A stretch of DNA of 64,000 bases from assembly GCA_964646605.1 (NCBI GenBank), contig CAZYEX010000137.1, forward strand, positions 35,580 through 99,579, read 5' to 3'. The notes under the pieces are model-generated. The model saw nothing but the letters and a program-made list of their open reading frames with translations, was not told the DNA's origin and did no database searches. Position numbers and translations under genes: made by a program. This stretch comes from an uncultured Phycisphaera sp. Lineage in GTDB: Bacteria; Planctomycetota; Phycisphaerae; UBA1845. Within the stretch, counting starts at the first letter, position 1. Each line of letters opens with the position of its first letter. Below, piece after piece: positions 27,466-36,925 of the stretch.

Positions 27466-28965
27466 TTACCGAAAGCGATACATGTTGGCCTGAGCGGGAT
27501 CGGCCAGCCCCACGAGGTTGTAGGGTGCGATGAGCTCACGTACCTGCGAATGGAACTCTCGCACATCTGGGGTCGGCGACCGGCGCTCGGATGACAAAGC
27601 GCGGACACTCTCATACGCCCTCTCGACCGCGGCGCGAAACCCACCGTCATGGGCCATGAGGAAGCCGTCGTGGTCGCCGTGCCAACCTCCTCGCCGGCGG
27701 TGTTCGCTGCACGTCGCCCCCGCGAAATAAAGCATCGAAAACGCGACCATGGGCTCGAAATCACGGAATCCGCAATAGCAACCGTGAATGATGGCGTCGA
27801 GCAGGTTGATCTCTCCCTTCAGCGAACGGTCGTACTCCTCCAGTCGTCGGGTGCGATCGGCGTCATCGCGCGATTCCGCGAGGATGCGGACCACACGCTC
27901 GATGCCCAGGAGCGTATGGGCGTTGCCCGCGCTATGCAGGGCGTCGAGGAAGTACGCGGTGTGCGGCAGCATCGCCCAGTTGCGCCCCGCGGCACGTTCC
28001 GCCCGTCGTTGCAACCGAGCCGTCCGTTGAAGCGGCTGCACGGGCCGCGCTTCGGCGAACTGCTCGGCGATCGACGGGAAGCGGCGAAGAAGCGTCGCCC
28101 ACTCATCTTCCGGCGACATCTCCGCATCGTCCTCAGAAAACCCATCCGGATTGCCGTCGAGCATGAATCCGGCGCTGGTAATTCCGTTGTCGAAGCGCAG
28201 CACCCACATCCAGCCCCCGTCGAAGACGTGGTGCAACGCGGCCGCATCGCACGGGAAGGGGTGATCGCCCGTCGCGCCGCCCAGCCGTTCATGGATATCG
28301 TGCCAGCGTCGAACGCCCCGGAAGTGAGAGAAAACCGCCCGCGAGTGCGTCCGCAGGTCGGTCGGCCTTACGGGGATATCCAAGTACGACGCCAATGCGC
28401 TCGCGGGGCCCGAGGCATCGACGACAAAGCCCGCGCGGACATGCAGAGGCGTTCCTTCTCGCGCGGCGACAATCCGCCAAGGATCATCGTCCGTCATGGA
28501 CTCGATGAGGGTCCGATCGAAGTACGGGATCGAGGCGGCCTGCACTTCGCGCACCAGAAAGTGATCCACCTCGGCGCGAAACCAGTGCGTGTCGCCGTTC
28601 TCCTCGTCGGGATTGGCCGCCACCAGCAACTCGTTGGCGTGGTCGGCGCTGGGCGCGAACGCCTCCCCGGCGCGGTGATGAAAGTAGCTGAAACCCCGCT
28701 TGAGACCGCAGGCGACGTCCGGGTACGTGCGTTTCCACGAACCATAGGATGTAAGCGGCAGCAACCGGGGCAAATCGTAACCTTGACAAAGTCCGCGAAG
28801 CACGAGGTCGGCTGTGGGCGTCGAGGACTCGCCGATGGCGAACCGCGGGTGCGTCCCGCGTTCGAGGAGCACAGGCCGCAGACCGATCCGTTGGCACAGC
28901 AGTGCGGTCAGGCTCCCCCCGAACCCACTGCCGATGATGGCCACGTCCGCGACGATCTCGGTCAA
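27466..28965 (-). CDS. FAD-dependent oxidoreductase of the tryptophan-halogenase-like family (halogenase fold; WxWxIP motif degenerate)
   Basis: N-terminal GxGxxG (VAIIGSGFGGS), AIGESSTP block, GWMWV region resembling, but not matching, the halogenase WxWxIP signature. Confidence 0.7.
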   Translation of the reverse strand: MTEIVADVAIIGSGFGGSLTALLCQRIGLRPVLLERGTHPRFAIGESSTPTADLVLRGLCQGYDLPRLLPLTSYGSWKRTYPDVACGLKRGFSYFHHRAGEAFAPSADHANELLVAANPDEENGDTHWFRAEVDHFLVREVQAASIPYFDRTLIESMTDDDPWRIVAAREGTPLHVRAGFVVDASGPASALASYLDIPVRPTDLRTHSRAVFSHFRGVRRWHDIHERLGGATGDHPFPCDAAALHHVFDGGWMWVLRFDNGITSAGFMLDGNPDGFSEDDAEMSPEDEWATLLRRFPSIAEQFAEARPVQPLQRTARLQRRAERAAGRNWAMLPHTAYFLDALHSAGNAHTLLGIERVVRILAESRDDADRTRRLEEYDRSLKGEINLLDAIIHGCYCGFRDFEPMVAFSMLYFAGATCSEHRRRGGWHGDHDGFLMAHDGGFRAAVERAYESVRALSSERRSPTPDVREFHSQVRELIAPYNLVGLADPAQANMYRFR

Positions 28966-28968
28966 GGG

Positions 28969-29886
28969 TCAGGCTCCGCACTCGCACCGAACCGCCGGCG
29001 ACACCCGCTGCGTTCGATTCATTTCCGCAAGTCGCTCGATCCGCCGCGCCCGGCACAGCCCGCAACCCGCAAGCAACTCCGCATCCCAAAGGTCCACAAA
29101 GACCCGTCCCCGCGCCAAGGACAGACCGAATTCGTGGACCGCCTCCATCGCCCGCAGATCGGGCCGGTGCATCTTGGCGTTGTTTTCGCTGCGCAGCGGC
29201 ACAATCGAGCAGCACTCCACGCCGATCGAGAACGCGTGCTCGATGCTCCGCTTCGCCCACGCCGTACCTTCATCGAGCGTCTGAAACGGCGCGGGAAGAA
29301 GTATAAACGCGCGAACCGGAATCCCGCGCCGGGACAAAAACGAGGTCGCCCGCTCAAAGTCCTCAAGCGTCATCCCCTTGTCGAGTCGGGGAAGAACACG
29401 CGGGTCGATCGTTTCCAGACCCATAGCCACTTGGAGCTGAGGACGAAGCTGATCGGCGAATTCCAGACACCGTCGATCGACGAGCTTGGGGTGGCATTCT
29501 ACGATGACGGTTTTGCGATCCTTCACCAATTCCGCAATTCGAGGCCGGTCGGCGCGAGGGACAGCCTGCTCATCGAAGAAGTTGCCCGAGTTGTAGAGCT
29601 TCATGTGCGGAGCAAACGGTAATTGCCGCAAGGCCCACTCCACCTGCCCCGCCACAGCGCCCGACGGCACCCGCTGCTCGGTCGTGTTCTTCCACAAATC
29701 GCAGAAAACGCAGCGAAACGGGCACTCCCTGTTGGTGATGAAAATCGTGGCCACGTCCTCCACGACGCCAGCCGCGGTGTACTCGGGTTCGACGAAGAAT
29801 GCGTAGGGACGAGTGGGGTCCACCACGTTGCGCGAACCGCGACGCCGGAGAACCGGCGGATCGTCGAGAAGGGAAGTCTCAGCCAT
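28969..29886 (-). CDS. Radical SAM enzyme (CxxxCxxC cluster motif)
   Basis: CPFRCVFCDLW near the N-terminus; about 305 aa core with a C-terminal CxxC...CxC extension. Confidence 0.75.
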   Translation of the reverse strand: MAETSLLDDPPVLRRRGSRNVVDPTRPYAFFVEPEYTAAGVVEDVATIFITNRECPFRCVFCDLWKNTTEQRVPSGAVAGQVEWALRQLPFAPHMKLYNSGNFFDEQAVPRADRPRIAELVKDRKTVIVECHPKLVDRRCLEFADQLRPQLQVAMGLETIDPRVLPRLDKGMTLEDFERATSFLSRRGIPVRAFILLPAPFQTLDEGTAWAKRSIEHAFSIGVECCSIVPLRSENNAKMHRPDLRAMEAVHEFGLSLARGRVFVDLWDAELLAGCGLCRARRIERLAEMNRTQRVSPAVRCECGA

Positions 29887-31210
29887 CGAAGGCGGCCTGG
29901 AATGCCCGGCGGTACGTCTGCGGCGATAGAGGAAAACGCTCGGTCAGAACAGCCACATCAAGCACGCCGTGTTGGAAACGCCGTTTCTCAAAGACGGGCA
30001 TCTTCAGACCCGTTACGGCCGCGACGCCCCGAGCGACGATCTCCCCTTTCAGTTGATACAAGCGATCGTGCCGCCAATTCGTCAGGGCGATGAACGGAAT
30101 CCGTTCCGCCACCTCGACGACGTCGGCCAGAGTAAACGGACTGAACGTGCGAAAACCCAGCGACCGCGCCGGAGCGAACGTCCGAGTACATGCGCGGCTC
30201 AGCCCGCCGCTGTAGACCAGCGAATGCTTGACCGAATCCACGCCCCAACCTTCCTGGTAAAGCAGCCGGTTGTTGAGCACGCTGCGGATGGTCAGCTCCG
30301 GGTTCTCCTCGATGGGATAGTCCTTGAGGTTCTCGTCCCCGCCGTCGCCGTCGATCAGATACGTCCAGTCGGGGTAGCGTCGGCGAATCCCACGGCAGAG
30401 TGCCAACATCATGGCCCCCGCTTGTACGTCCAGCGGTTTATAATCCTCGATCACCCGAACGGCCTCCTCCGGGTTCAACGCATCCTCGGGTACTTCGACC
30501 GTTTCCAGAAACATCCCCAGTTGTAGCGCGTCCAGAAACCGCCGGGCCTGCTCGACATCCCGCCCGCCGCCATTCGTGCAAAGCGTGAACGCCTTTAGCC
30601 GCGATGGGTCCAGCCCCATCGTGAGCATCAGGTGATACGTCAAAAGGAACACGGCCCCGCTGTCGATCCCGCCGGAAAAGCAGACTCCGATCGCAGCCCC
30701 GGGCGCAAGGGTTCGCAGCCACTTGGCGATCCCGTCCGCGGCGGCGGAGACGTAGCGACGACCGATGTCTTCCAAGTCCGTCGCAAGCGGATCGGGCGAG
30801 GGCGTGAGGTAGCGCCGATACGTGGGGTTGGGGTCCGGGCAGCCCAACAGGGCAATCTCGGTGATGTAATGGGCCGGAACCATCCGCGTATACGTGGGAT
30901 GGAACTGATCGCCGAGCCCTTCGCGCCGGGTCCACGCCGCAATCGCGTCGATGCGATGGGCGACGACGAGCGCCGGACCGTCGCTCCGTTTGGCGATGAA
31001 ATAGCGCATGGGCACGGACAAGGAGCGGGCCATGCGCACGGTCGCCCCCTCGCGCCCGACCAGGGCAAACGCCCCTTCGATTTTGCGAACCCCCTCGAAA
31101 TCACCCCTCCCCACGCGCGACCGCGCCTCGTCGAGCGAAACGTTGAAAAGAATGTTCGATGACGGGTCGGTGAGGTCCACAACCTCCCGAAGCGAGTGAA
31201 CGACTGGCAT
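29879..31210 (-). CDS. Asparagine-synthetase-like ATP-pyrophosphatase (PP-loop SGGxDS) lacking the N-terminal glutaminase cysteine
   Basis: Start at MPVVHSL (no Cys2 nucleophile). GVCFSGGIDSGAVF PP-loop. AsnB C-terminal-domain-like synthetase region. Confidence 0.75.
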   Translation of the reverse strand: MPVVHSLREVVDLTDPSSNILFNVSLDEARSRVGRGDFEGVRKIEGAFALVGREGATVRMARSLSVPMRYFIAKRSDGPALVVAHRIDAIAAWTRREGLGDQFHPTYTRMVPAHYITEIALLGCPDPNPTYRRYLTPSPDPLATDLEDIGRRYVSAAADGIAKWLRTLAPGAAIGVCFSGGIDSGAVFLLTYHLMLTMGLDPSRLKAFTLCTNGGGRDVEQARRFLDALQLGMFLETVEVPEDALNPEEAVRVIEDYKPLDVQAGAMMLALCRGIRRRYPDWTYLIDGDGGDENLKDYPIEENPELTIRSVLNNRLLYQEGWGVDSVKHSLVYSGGLSRACTRTFAPARSLGFRTFSPFTLADVVEVAERIPFIALTNWRHDRLYQLKGEIVARGVAAVTGLKMPVFEKRRFQHGVLDVAVLTERFPLSPQTYRRAFQAAFDG

Positions 31211-31313
31211 GCCTCGAACTCCTCCCTTGGTTTCTCGGAGAATGTTTCCAGACTCCCCCCCCTCCCAGAGAGAGGGTGGTCTGAAACAGTTTCTAAGAAA
31301 AGCCCAGCGCTGG

Positions 31314-32687
31314 TCAAGCGTGCTTGGGCGGCTGCGGTCCGCGCGTGGCGGACGCAACGGTGGACAATTCGCCCGTCGGCAGCGATCCGTCCATTCTTTC
31401 CGCGATGCTCCTGGTGAGCGAGCGCAGGTCGATGCCCAAGACCGATTCGAGCGTCGCCAGCGTTTCGGTAAGCATCCGTGCGCGGCCCAGGGCCGCGCCG
31501 GCGATCGCCTGACCGCTGCCGCTGTCGATCACAGTGACGTGGCCCAATTGGACGTTGGAGATGGTCTTGGTGATTTCTTGAACGACCCCGGGAAGCATTT
31601 CCGCGAGCATGACTTTCAGGGCGTCGGGGTTCCGGGAGATGGCTTGTCCGATGCACTCGATCGCCGCAGCCCGGGCCTTGCCTTCTTCGAGGACCGTCGC
31701 AGCCGCCCCCTCCGCACTGGCCTTCGCGGCGTCGCGATCGGCGTTGGCCTTTTTCACCAGGGTGGCCAAGAGCCTCGCCTCCTCGGCCTGAGCCGCGGCG
31801 GTCTGTGCCTCCGCCTCCTTGATGGACGCCTCCCGGGACAACTCCGCCTGTCGAATGCGCAGAAGGTTGTTCGCTTCGGCGATGGTCTTGTCGGCACCCA
31901 GACGGGCCGACTCGGATTTCTGACGTCCCGTCGCCTCCGCCGTGCGAGCCTCGGCGTCACGCTCCGCCTTCGCCCGACGGGCCAAAGCCTCGGACTCGGC
32001 CTCCTTGATGTCCGCATCGGACTTGCGCTGGGCCTCGAACTGCCGGGCGCTGGCACGCACATCCGCCGACGCCTTGCGGGCGATCGACTCCAAGTACTGG
32101 TCGTCGTCATGCACGTTCTGGATGTTCACGCTGTCGATGACCATGCCCAGCTTGCGAAAATCGTCGGTCACCTCGTTCATCACCGTGGCCACGAATTTGT
32201 CGCGGTCCTCGACGATCTCCTCCGGAGTCATCTTCCCGATCACCGCCCGCAGCCCGCCCTCCAGCGTCTCCCGCGCCACCCGCTCCATCTCCTGCTGCGG
32301 TTCGCCGAGGAACCGCTCGATCGCGTTGCCGCGGATGTCCGGATCGGACGACACCTTGACGTTGGCCACGCCGTTCACGTTGACGGGGATCATCTTCCCC
32401 CCCCCGGACTGGGCCTTGACCTCCAGGGCCACCTGCATGTTGCGCAGACTCAGCAGGGCCACCTTTTCGAGGATCGGGATCACCACCGTGCGTCCGCCGA
32501 TCAACGTTCGGTAACCCATCGTCGGACTGGAACTGCGCCCGCTGATCACCAGAAGCTCGCTGGGGTTGCCCACCACGGTGAACTTCGCCACCAGAGCGAT
32601 GAACGTCGCCAGGACGAACAAGACGCCCACGCCGATCATGATGCCCGTCCCGACCACGTCCGATTGACTCAACATCCACGCGCTCAT
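31314..32687 (-). CDS. Flotillin / SPFH (band-7) family protein
   Basis: N-terminal TM, SPFH domain, long Ala/Glu-rich coiled coil (flotillin-type EA repeats). Confidence 0.85.
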   Translation of the reverse strand: MSAWMLSQSDVVGTGIMIGVGVLFVLATFIALVAKFTVVGNPSELLVISGRSSSPTMGYRTLIGGRTVVIPILEKVALLSLRNMQVALEVKAQSGGGKMIPVNVNGVANVKVSSDPDIRGNAIERFLGEPQQEMERVARETLEGGLRAVIGKMTPEEIVEDRDKFVATVMNEVTDDFRKLGMVIDSVNIQNVHDDDQYLESIARKASADVRASARQFEAQRKSDADIKEAESEALARRAKAERDAEARTAEATGRQKSESARLGADKTIAEANNLLRIRQAELSREASIKEAEAQTAAAQAEEARLLATLVKKANADRDAAKASAEGAAATVLEEGKARAAAIECIGQAISRNPDALKVMLAEMLPGVVQEITKTISNVQLGHVTVIDSGSGQAIAGAALGRARMLTETLATLESVLGIDLRSLTRSIAERMDGSLPTGELSTVASATRGPQPPKHA

Positions 32688-33328
32688 GCGTTTTCTCCCG
32701 ACTTGGGTTCGTTTACGAATTCGTATTCTTCCTTGGACACAACTTCCGCCACGCCGTTGCTCAGCCCCACCACCACCACGCGATCCCCGACCTTGAAGCG
32801 ATCATCCCCGCGCCGCGCCACCGCGGCGAGGAAGCGCTCTCCATTCCTCGAGGGCAACGCGACCTCCCCGCGTCGAGAAGCCTCCAGGGCGATGGTCACG
32901 CGGGCCGCTTTGTTGAGATAATCGTCCGGGGTCAGGTCGCTTCCGACCCCCGATCGTTTCAACGCCCGAAGCGCCTGATGGACGAGTTGCCCCACCACCA
33001 GTGCCCCGATCGTGGCACACGCCAGCACCACCCCGGAGCGAACCCGGGCCACGTAGGTCAGGGTCGTCCCGAGAAGCCCGAAGGTGACCAGGAAGTAGAC
33101 GGCGAACTGCATCGAGAACCAACTCGACAGCGACAGCCCGTGTCCACCGTGGTGCTCCGTATCCACCCCGTGATGAAGGTCGCCCCCCGCGTGGGCGTCC
33201 ATTCCCATGCCCCCGGAAAGGTCGGCATGAACGTCGGTGCCGCCGTGACTGCCGAACAGCACGGAGAGCAGCAACAGCCCGCCGCCCACGATCAGGGCGA
33301 TGATGTACAACATAGCCACCGTGGACAT
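32684..33328 (-). CDS. NfeD-like membrane protein (flotillin partner, YqiJ-like, C-terminal OB-fold)
   Basis: N-terminal TM helices, His-rich loop, C-terminal OB-like domain; overlaps the flotillin start by 4 nt. Confidence 0.7.
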   Translation of the reverse strand: MSTVAMLYIIALIVGGGLLLLSVLFGSHGGTDVHADLSGGMGMDAHAGGDLHHGVDTEHHGGHGLSLSSWFSMQFAVYFLVTFGLLGTTLTYVARVRSGVVLACATIGALVVGQLVHQALRALKRSGVGSDLTPDDYLNKAARVTIALEASRRGEVALPSRNGERFLAAVARRGDDRFKVGDRVVVVGLSNGVAEVVSKEEYEFVNEPKSGENA

Positions 33329-33529
33329 CGTTCATGCCTCCGCCGCCGCGCGAACTCCCGTCCCTGCGGCCACCCTCTGGAACGCGATCTGCAACCAACC
33401 CAGGCGCCCCCGCGCCCTAGCTACTGCATAGCGTACAACGTTCCAGCCCTACGGCCAGTAGAATCCGGGCGATCTTCTCGAATCGCCGCAGCTTCACATG
33501 TGTTTTTCGGTACGGCGGCCCGAAGTAGG

Positions 33530-33742
33530 GGAGGGCAAAGATCCTCTTTGCCCAGATCAGCGGAACGAAAAGATCCTCTTCGCACGGGAGGGCGAAGACC
33601 CTCTTTGCCGGGCGAACGCAACGATCCTGTTTGGTATGTGTTTAGTGCCTTTCTCCCCAACAGGGCGGCGGGTCTGCCGGGGAGGGCAAAGATCCTCTTT
33701 GCCCAAGGCACGGAAAAACCACGGTCTACTTTGGTATGTGAG
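33530..33742. repeat. Array of four palindromic hairpin repeats (two perfect GGGAGGGCAAAGATCCTCTTTGCCC copies, two degenerate) in two tandem composite units, each ending CTTTGGTATGTG; upstream of the nfeD-flotillin operon
   Basis: Seen directly: 9-bp stem GGGCAAAGA/TCTTTGCCC with TCC loop at 33534-33555 and 33685-33706. Variants at about 33567-33586 and 33589-33616. Confidence 0.55.
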
Positions 33743-33899
33743 CGGCATGGGCTCCAACGGCCCGACGAATGTAGCCGGCGGCCAAGCAAAGCGCGACCCC
33801 TTGACGACGCACGCCCAAGTCCGGTGAAACAGGTGCGCGCACCCGCCGTTACCATTGGTTCACATCGGAAAAGCAACCCCGCGCCCCTGCCCAACCCGT

Positions 33900-35207
33900 C
33901 TACGGCTTCTTCGGGAAATCGGGTTGGCGGCCTTGCGGAGTATTGAGGAGATCGATCACTTCGCTCAATCGAGCGTTGAGGGCGTCGATCTTGCGCTCGA
34001 TTTCCTCCACCTTATCACTGGTCTCTCCTACCGTCACCTGGAGAGCGTCGACCTTGCCATCGATTACCCCCACCCGTCCATCCGTTACGTCCAGTTGGAC
34101 CTCGGTCCGATCGGCCGTTGCCTTGATGTCACTCTGTTGGGCGGCCGTTTGCTCTTGGCATTGAAGCGACTTGTCAAAGCCTGCTTGCGTCAACACGTCG
34201 TCCGTATACGTCCAGCCGTCTTTGATTATTTGAGCTATCCCCTTCGCGGCGGCCAGCACCACACCACCGGCCGAGCAGTTGTTGCCCACGATATCCTGAT
34301 TGCAACCGGAGTCAAACATATCGTAGGCCGCACTAAGGACATCCGTTACAAGGCTTAATGCTAGCGTTACGACATCGCGCACCCCGGTGAGTATTTCGCT
34401 GCAATTGTCACCGCTTCCGGAACTGCTCGCGAGAGCTTCCTTGGCGTGAGCGAAGGCCCTCAGGCCCGCTGCCACCTTCTGATTCGTTTCCGCCAAGGCG
34501 CTCTCTGCGTGCTCGAGCGACTGTTCCATGTCCGCGGCGGCTTCGTCGTCGAAGTTGTCGTCATCTTGATCGTTCGAAGGACTCTCACAGATCTCCACGC
34601 AAACTTCCTTTGGGTTTCCCGTTGTCTTGCAAATGCCGTCGTTGTCGCCAATCCCGTCCCCGAGGACCTCCGCGCAGGTCTCCTTAATGCCGCCCCGATT
34701 GGTGCACACACCGTCGTTATTGCCGTCGTCAGAAGGGGCGCGTGAACCATCGGGATTGAGGGGCTTGTCATACTCTTGCACGTAACAATTGCTCTTCTGT
34801 TTACGGCCGATTCCTTTGAAGCCGCCCGCCTCCTTGCTGCGTTTCCGTGCGTTTTCACCGTGGGCACGCATGTTCTCCAAGTTTCTCTTCTGCGTATCGG
34901 TGAAAATGCCGTCCGATGCGCAAGCCTGATCCACCAAGGTGGACAACTCGACGTTCAGGTTTTCGGTCCTGCAATCGATCCGCTCGTTGATCTTTTCCGC
35001 TTTGCTCCTGTTGTCGTTGTCCGGTTGCGCGTTGCAATCCCGCTTTGGGGGGCGAACCGAGGCCGGGGACCGTTCCTGGCCCATCACCGGCGCCGCGACT
35101 CCAAAAACCAGAACCACAGCGAGCGCCGATCGACGGGCACGCGAGCCCGACCGCACGATCCCACCTCGTGAGGTGCGCAAAGTCGATGTGTTGGGTAGAA
35201 GTTTCAT
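33900..35207 (-). CDS. Hypothetical secreted Cys- and Asp/Asn-rich protein with C-terminal coiled coil
   Basis: Signal peptide (ALAVVLVFGVAAPVMGQE); repeated DNDG(V/I)C...ETC(A/V)E modules; lower GC and Lys/Asn/Asp-rich composition. Confidence 0.5.
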   Translation of the reverse strand: MKLLPNTSTLRTSRGGIVRSGSRARRSALAVVLVFGVAAPVMGQERSPASVRPPKRDCNAQPDNDNRSKAEKINERIDCRTENLNVELSTLVDQACASDGIFTDTQKRNLENMRAHGENARKRSKEAGGFKGIGRKQKSNCYVQEYDKPLNPDGSRAPSDDGNNDGVCTNRGGIKETCAEVLGDGIGDNDGICKTTGNPKEVCVEICESPSNDQDDDNFDDEAAADMEQSLEHAESALAETNQKVAAGLRAFAHAKEALASSSGSGDNCSEILTGVRDVVTLALSLVTDVLSAAYDMFDSGCNQDIVGNNCSAGGVVLAAAKGIAQIIKDGWTYTDDVLTQAGFDKSLQCQEQTAAQQSDIKATADRTEVQLDVTDGRVGVIDGKVDALQVTVGETSDKVEEIERKIDALNARLSEVIDLLNTPQGRQPDFPKKP

Positions 35208-35828
35208 CGGATGCTCCTTTTCGATTTTCCTAGGCAGTGGGGAAGGGCGCGCGCCTACCTACACCGGCCGGACGCGGACTTCCCCGGTATTACTTATTGA
35301 TTCAACGGCTCATGCGCCGACCAAGGCCTCATGGACGGTCATAAATTTCCATGCCGTCCGTCGGATGAATGGTCCGCACGTCTCTTCTGATGCCTCATGA
35401 TTCTCCCTCCGTGAGCACATGCGTGCTTGCCTGCCCGAATGGCCGTCATGGCCACCCGACGTGAAGACGCCATCCTACTCTTTGGCCGCTGGGATGTCAA
35501 ATGATCCGAAAAACCAGCAGTCGAACCGGCTTCCCCTCCTCCATCGGGTTTGATCGGTCGCGCCCGGACATTCCATCGGGGGGGACCGGGGGACAGCCAC
35601 CTATTTTTTTCGCCCGATCGCTGCGAAGCTGTTCGTGTAGAGAGAAACGGCGCATTCTCTCGGGCGGCGAATCGTCTCGTTTCCTCGCTCCGTTGATCCC
35701 TGCCTCCCCGCAGCCTCCACTCGGCAATCGATCCGCCGAAGGCCGAACCAACAATCCCCTTGGTGCCTCCATGCCTTTTCTTCATGCCTTTCCCCCTGTC
35801 CCTAATCCCAAGTCCCTCGTAACGCGTC

Positions 35829-35862
35829 ACTGGTAACTGGTAATTGGTAATTGGTCATTGCT
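35829..35862. repeat. Heptamer tandem repeat (AAYTGGT)x4
   Basis: cactggt aactggt aattggt aattggt cattgc. Confidence 0.5.
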
Positions 35863-36925
35863 TTCACCCCTCCCTTCCCCATTCCCTGTGATCGCTCCAT
35901 CACGCGTTCCCCGCCGATCACCCCGCAAGTTATCTTGGTAGAGAAAGGCCGCCGCGCCCCGCACGCGCCCAGCGGCGCACCGGAAAGGAAACGACGTGCG
36001 AAAAAGCGCCCCTACCAAACGAACCGGATTGGAAATGCCGCAATCGGTTGCGGCCAGAGGATCTACGTCAAAATGTCGTGCGCAAGACAAACCCGATTCG
36101 AACCCGATCAGGCACGCCCTGTCGCTCACCCTCGGCTGCGCGGCTTCGTGGCCCCGCGGCGGAGCATGCCCCCGCCGCGCCTATCGCCCTCGCCCCTTCC
36201 GTTTCGGCGTTTCTGCTTTCTGCGTTTCTACGTTTCCTCCGTCCCTTCGTGCCTACTCGGAAAAAAGCGCCCGTGCGAAACGAACCCATTTCCCCCCGCT
36301 GGCGCGGTCAAGAACGCAGGTCACTGGTCCGCAAATGGCTTCGTTTGACCCGAAAATCGGTGAAACATGGGTTCGCTGGGATCGTCGTACTGCGGCCCCA
36401 CCCCGTGGTGGCTCACGGGGAACACGCTTGGCTGCAGGACTCCCTCCACCATGATTCGGGATGGGGGCAGACCCGTGGCCATCCAAGGCCGGCTAATCCG
36501 TCAGGGACCCGCGGGGTTCCGCAGGACGTGGAGCCCTTGCCCGCTCGCCCAGGCAGGGTTAGCATTCGTGCCGGATTTCACGAAGTCATGCCGCGTTGGG
36601 TCGGCGGAGGAGTCGGTTGACGCAGTTTTCGGTGCCATGGCAGGCGGTGCGGCCCGTTCGATACGGGCTGATCGCACGAATGGTGATCGCCGCCGCCCGC
36701 GGGGTCTATCTTACCTGCGGACCCGTCATCGCCCGGTTTCCTGGCGCTATTCTCATCGGGGCCACGATCACGACCTGCGTTGTCGTTTGGATCCACGCGC
36801 TGGTTTTTGCGTACGTCGATCTGCGGATTCTCGGACCTGCGGCTGCGGGTGGGGTGATTCCCGCCGAGTCGAGCTATCTTGCCCCGTCGACCTGGGGGTT
36901 ACCGCCGTCCACGATATTCTCGTTG

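Noticed and set aside
29879-31210. Considered a lasso-peptide cluster because the AsnB-like enzyme lacks the glutaminase Cys (as lasso cyclases do)
   Set aside because: No transglutaminase-like leader peptidase (B protein), no RRE, no short precursor ORF adjacent; the protein (about 443 aa) is shorter than typical lasso cyclases. Kept only as a generic repurposed AsnB-like call.
33530-33742. Considered a CRISPR array because of repeated identical about 25-bp palindromic units
   Set aside because: Only two exact copies, irregular spacing, degenerate intervening copies and no cas genes; units are hairpins within tandem composite repeats, not repeat-spacer architecture.
36090-36115. GATTCGAACCC string resembling the complement of a tRNA T-arm (GGTTCGAATCC)
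   Set aside because: Flanking sequence cannot form a 5-bp T stem, acceptor stem or anticodon arm; no cloverleaf could be built on either strand.
36596-36925. N-terminal 110-codon extension of the nuoH ORF (contains TM-like segments)
   Set aside because: No convincing start context, and the stretch before MEQGGGWIASF is not conserved with NuoH N-termini as I know them. Kept as an uncertainty on the nuoH start rather than a separate gene.
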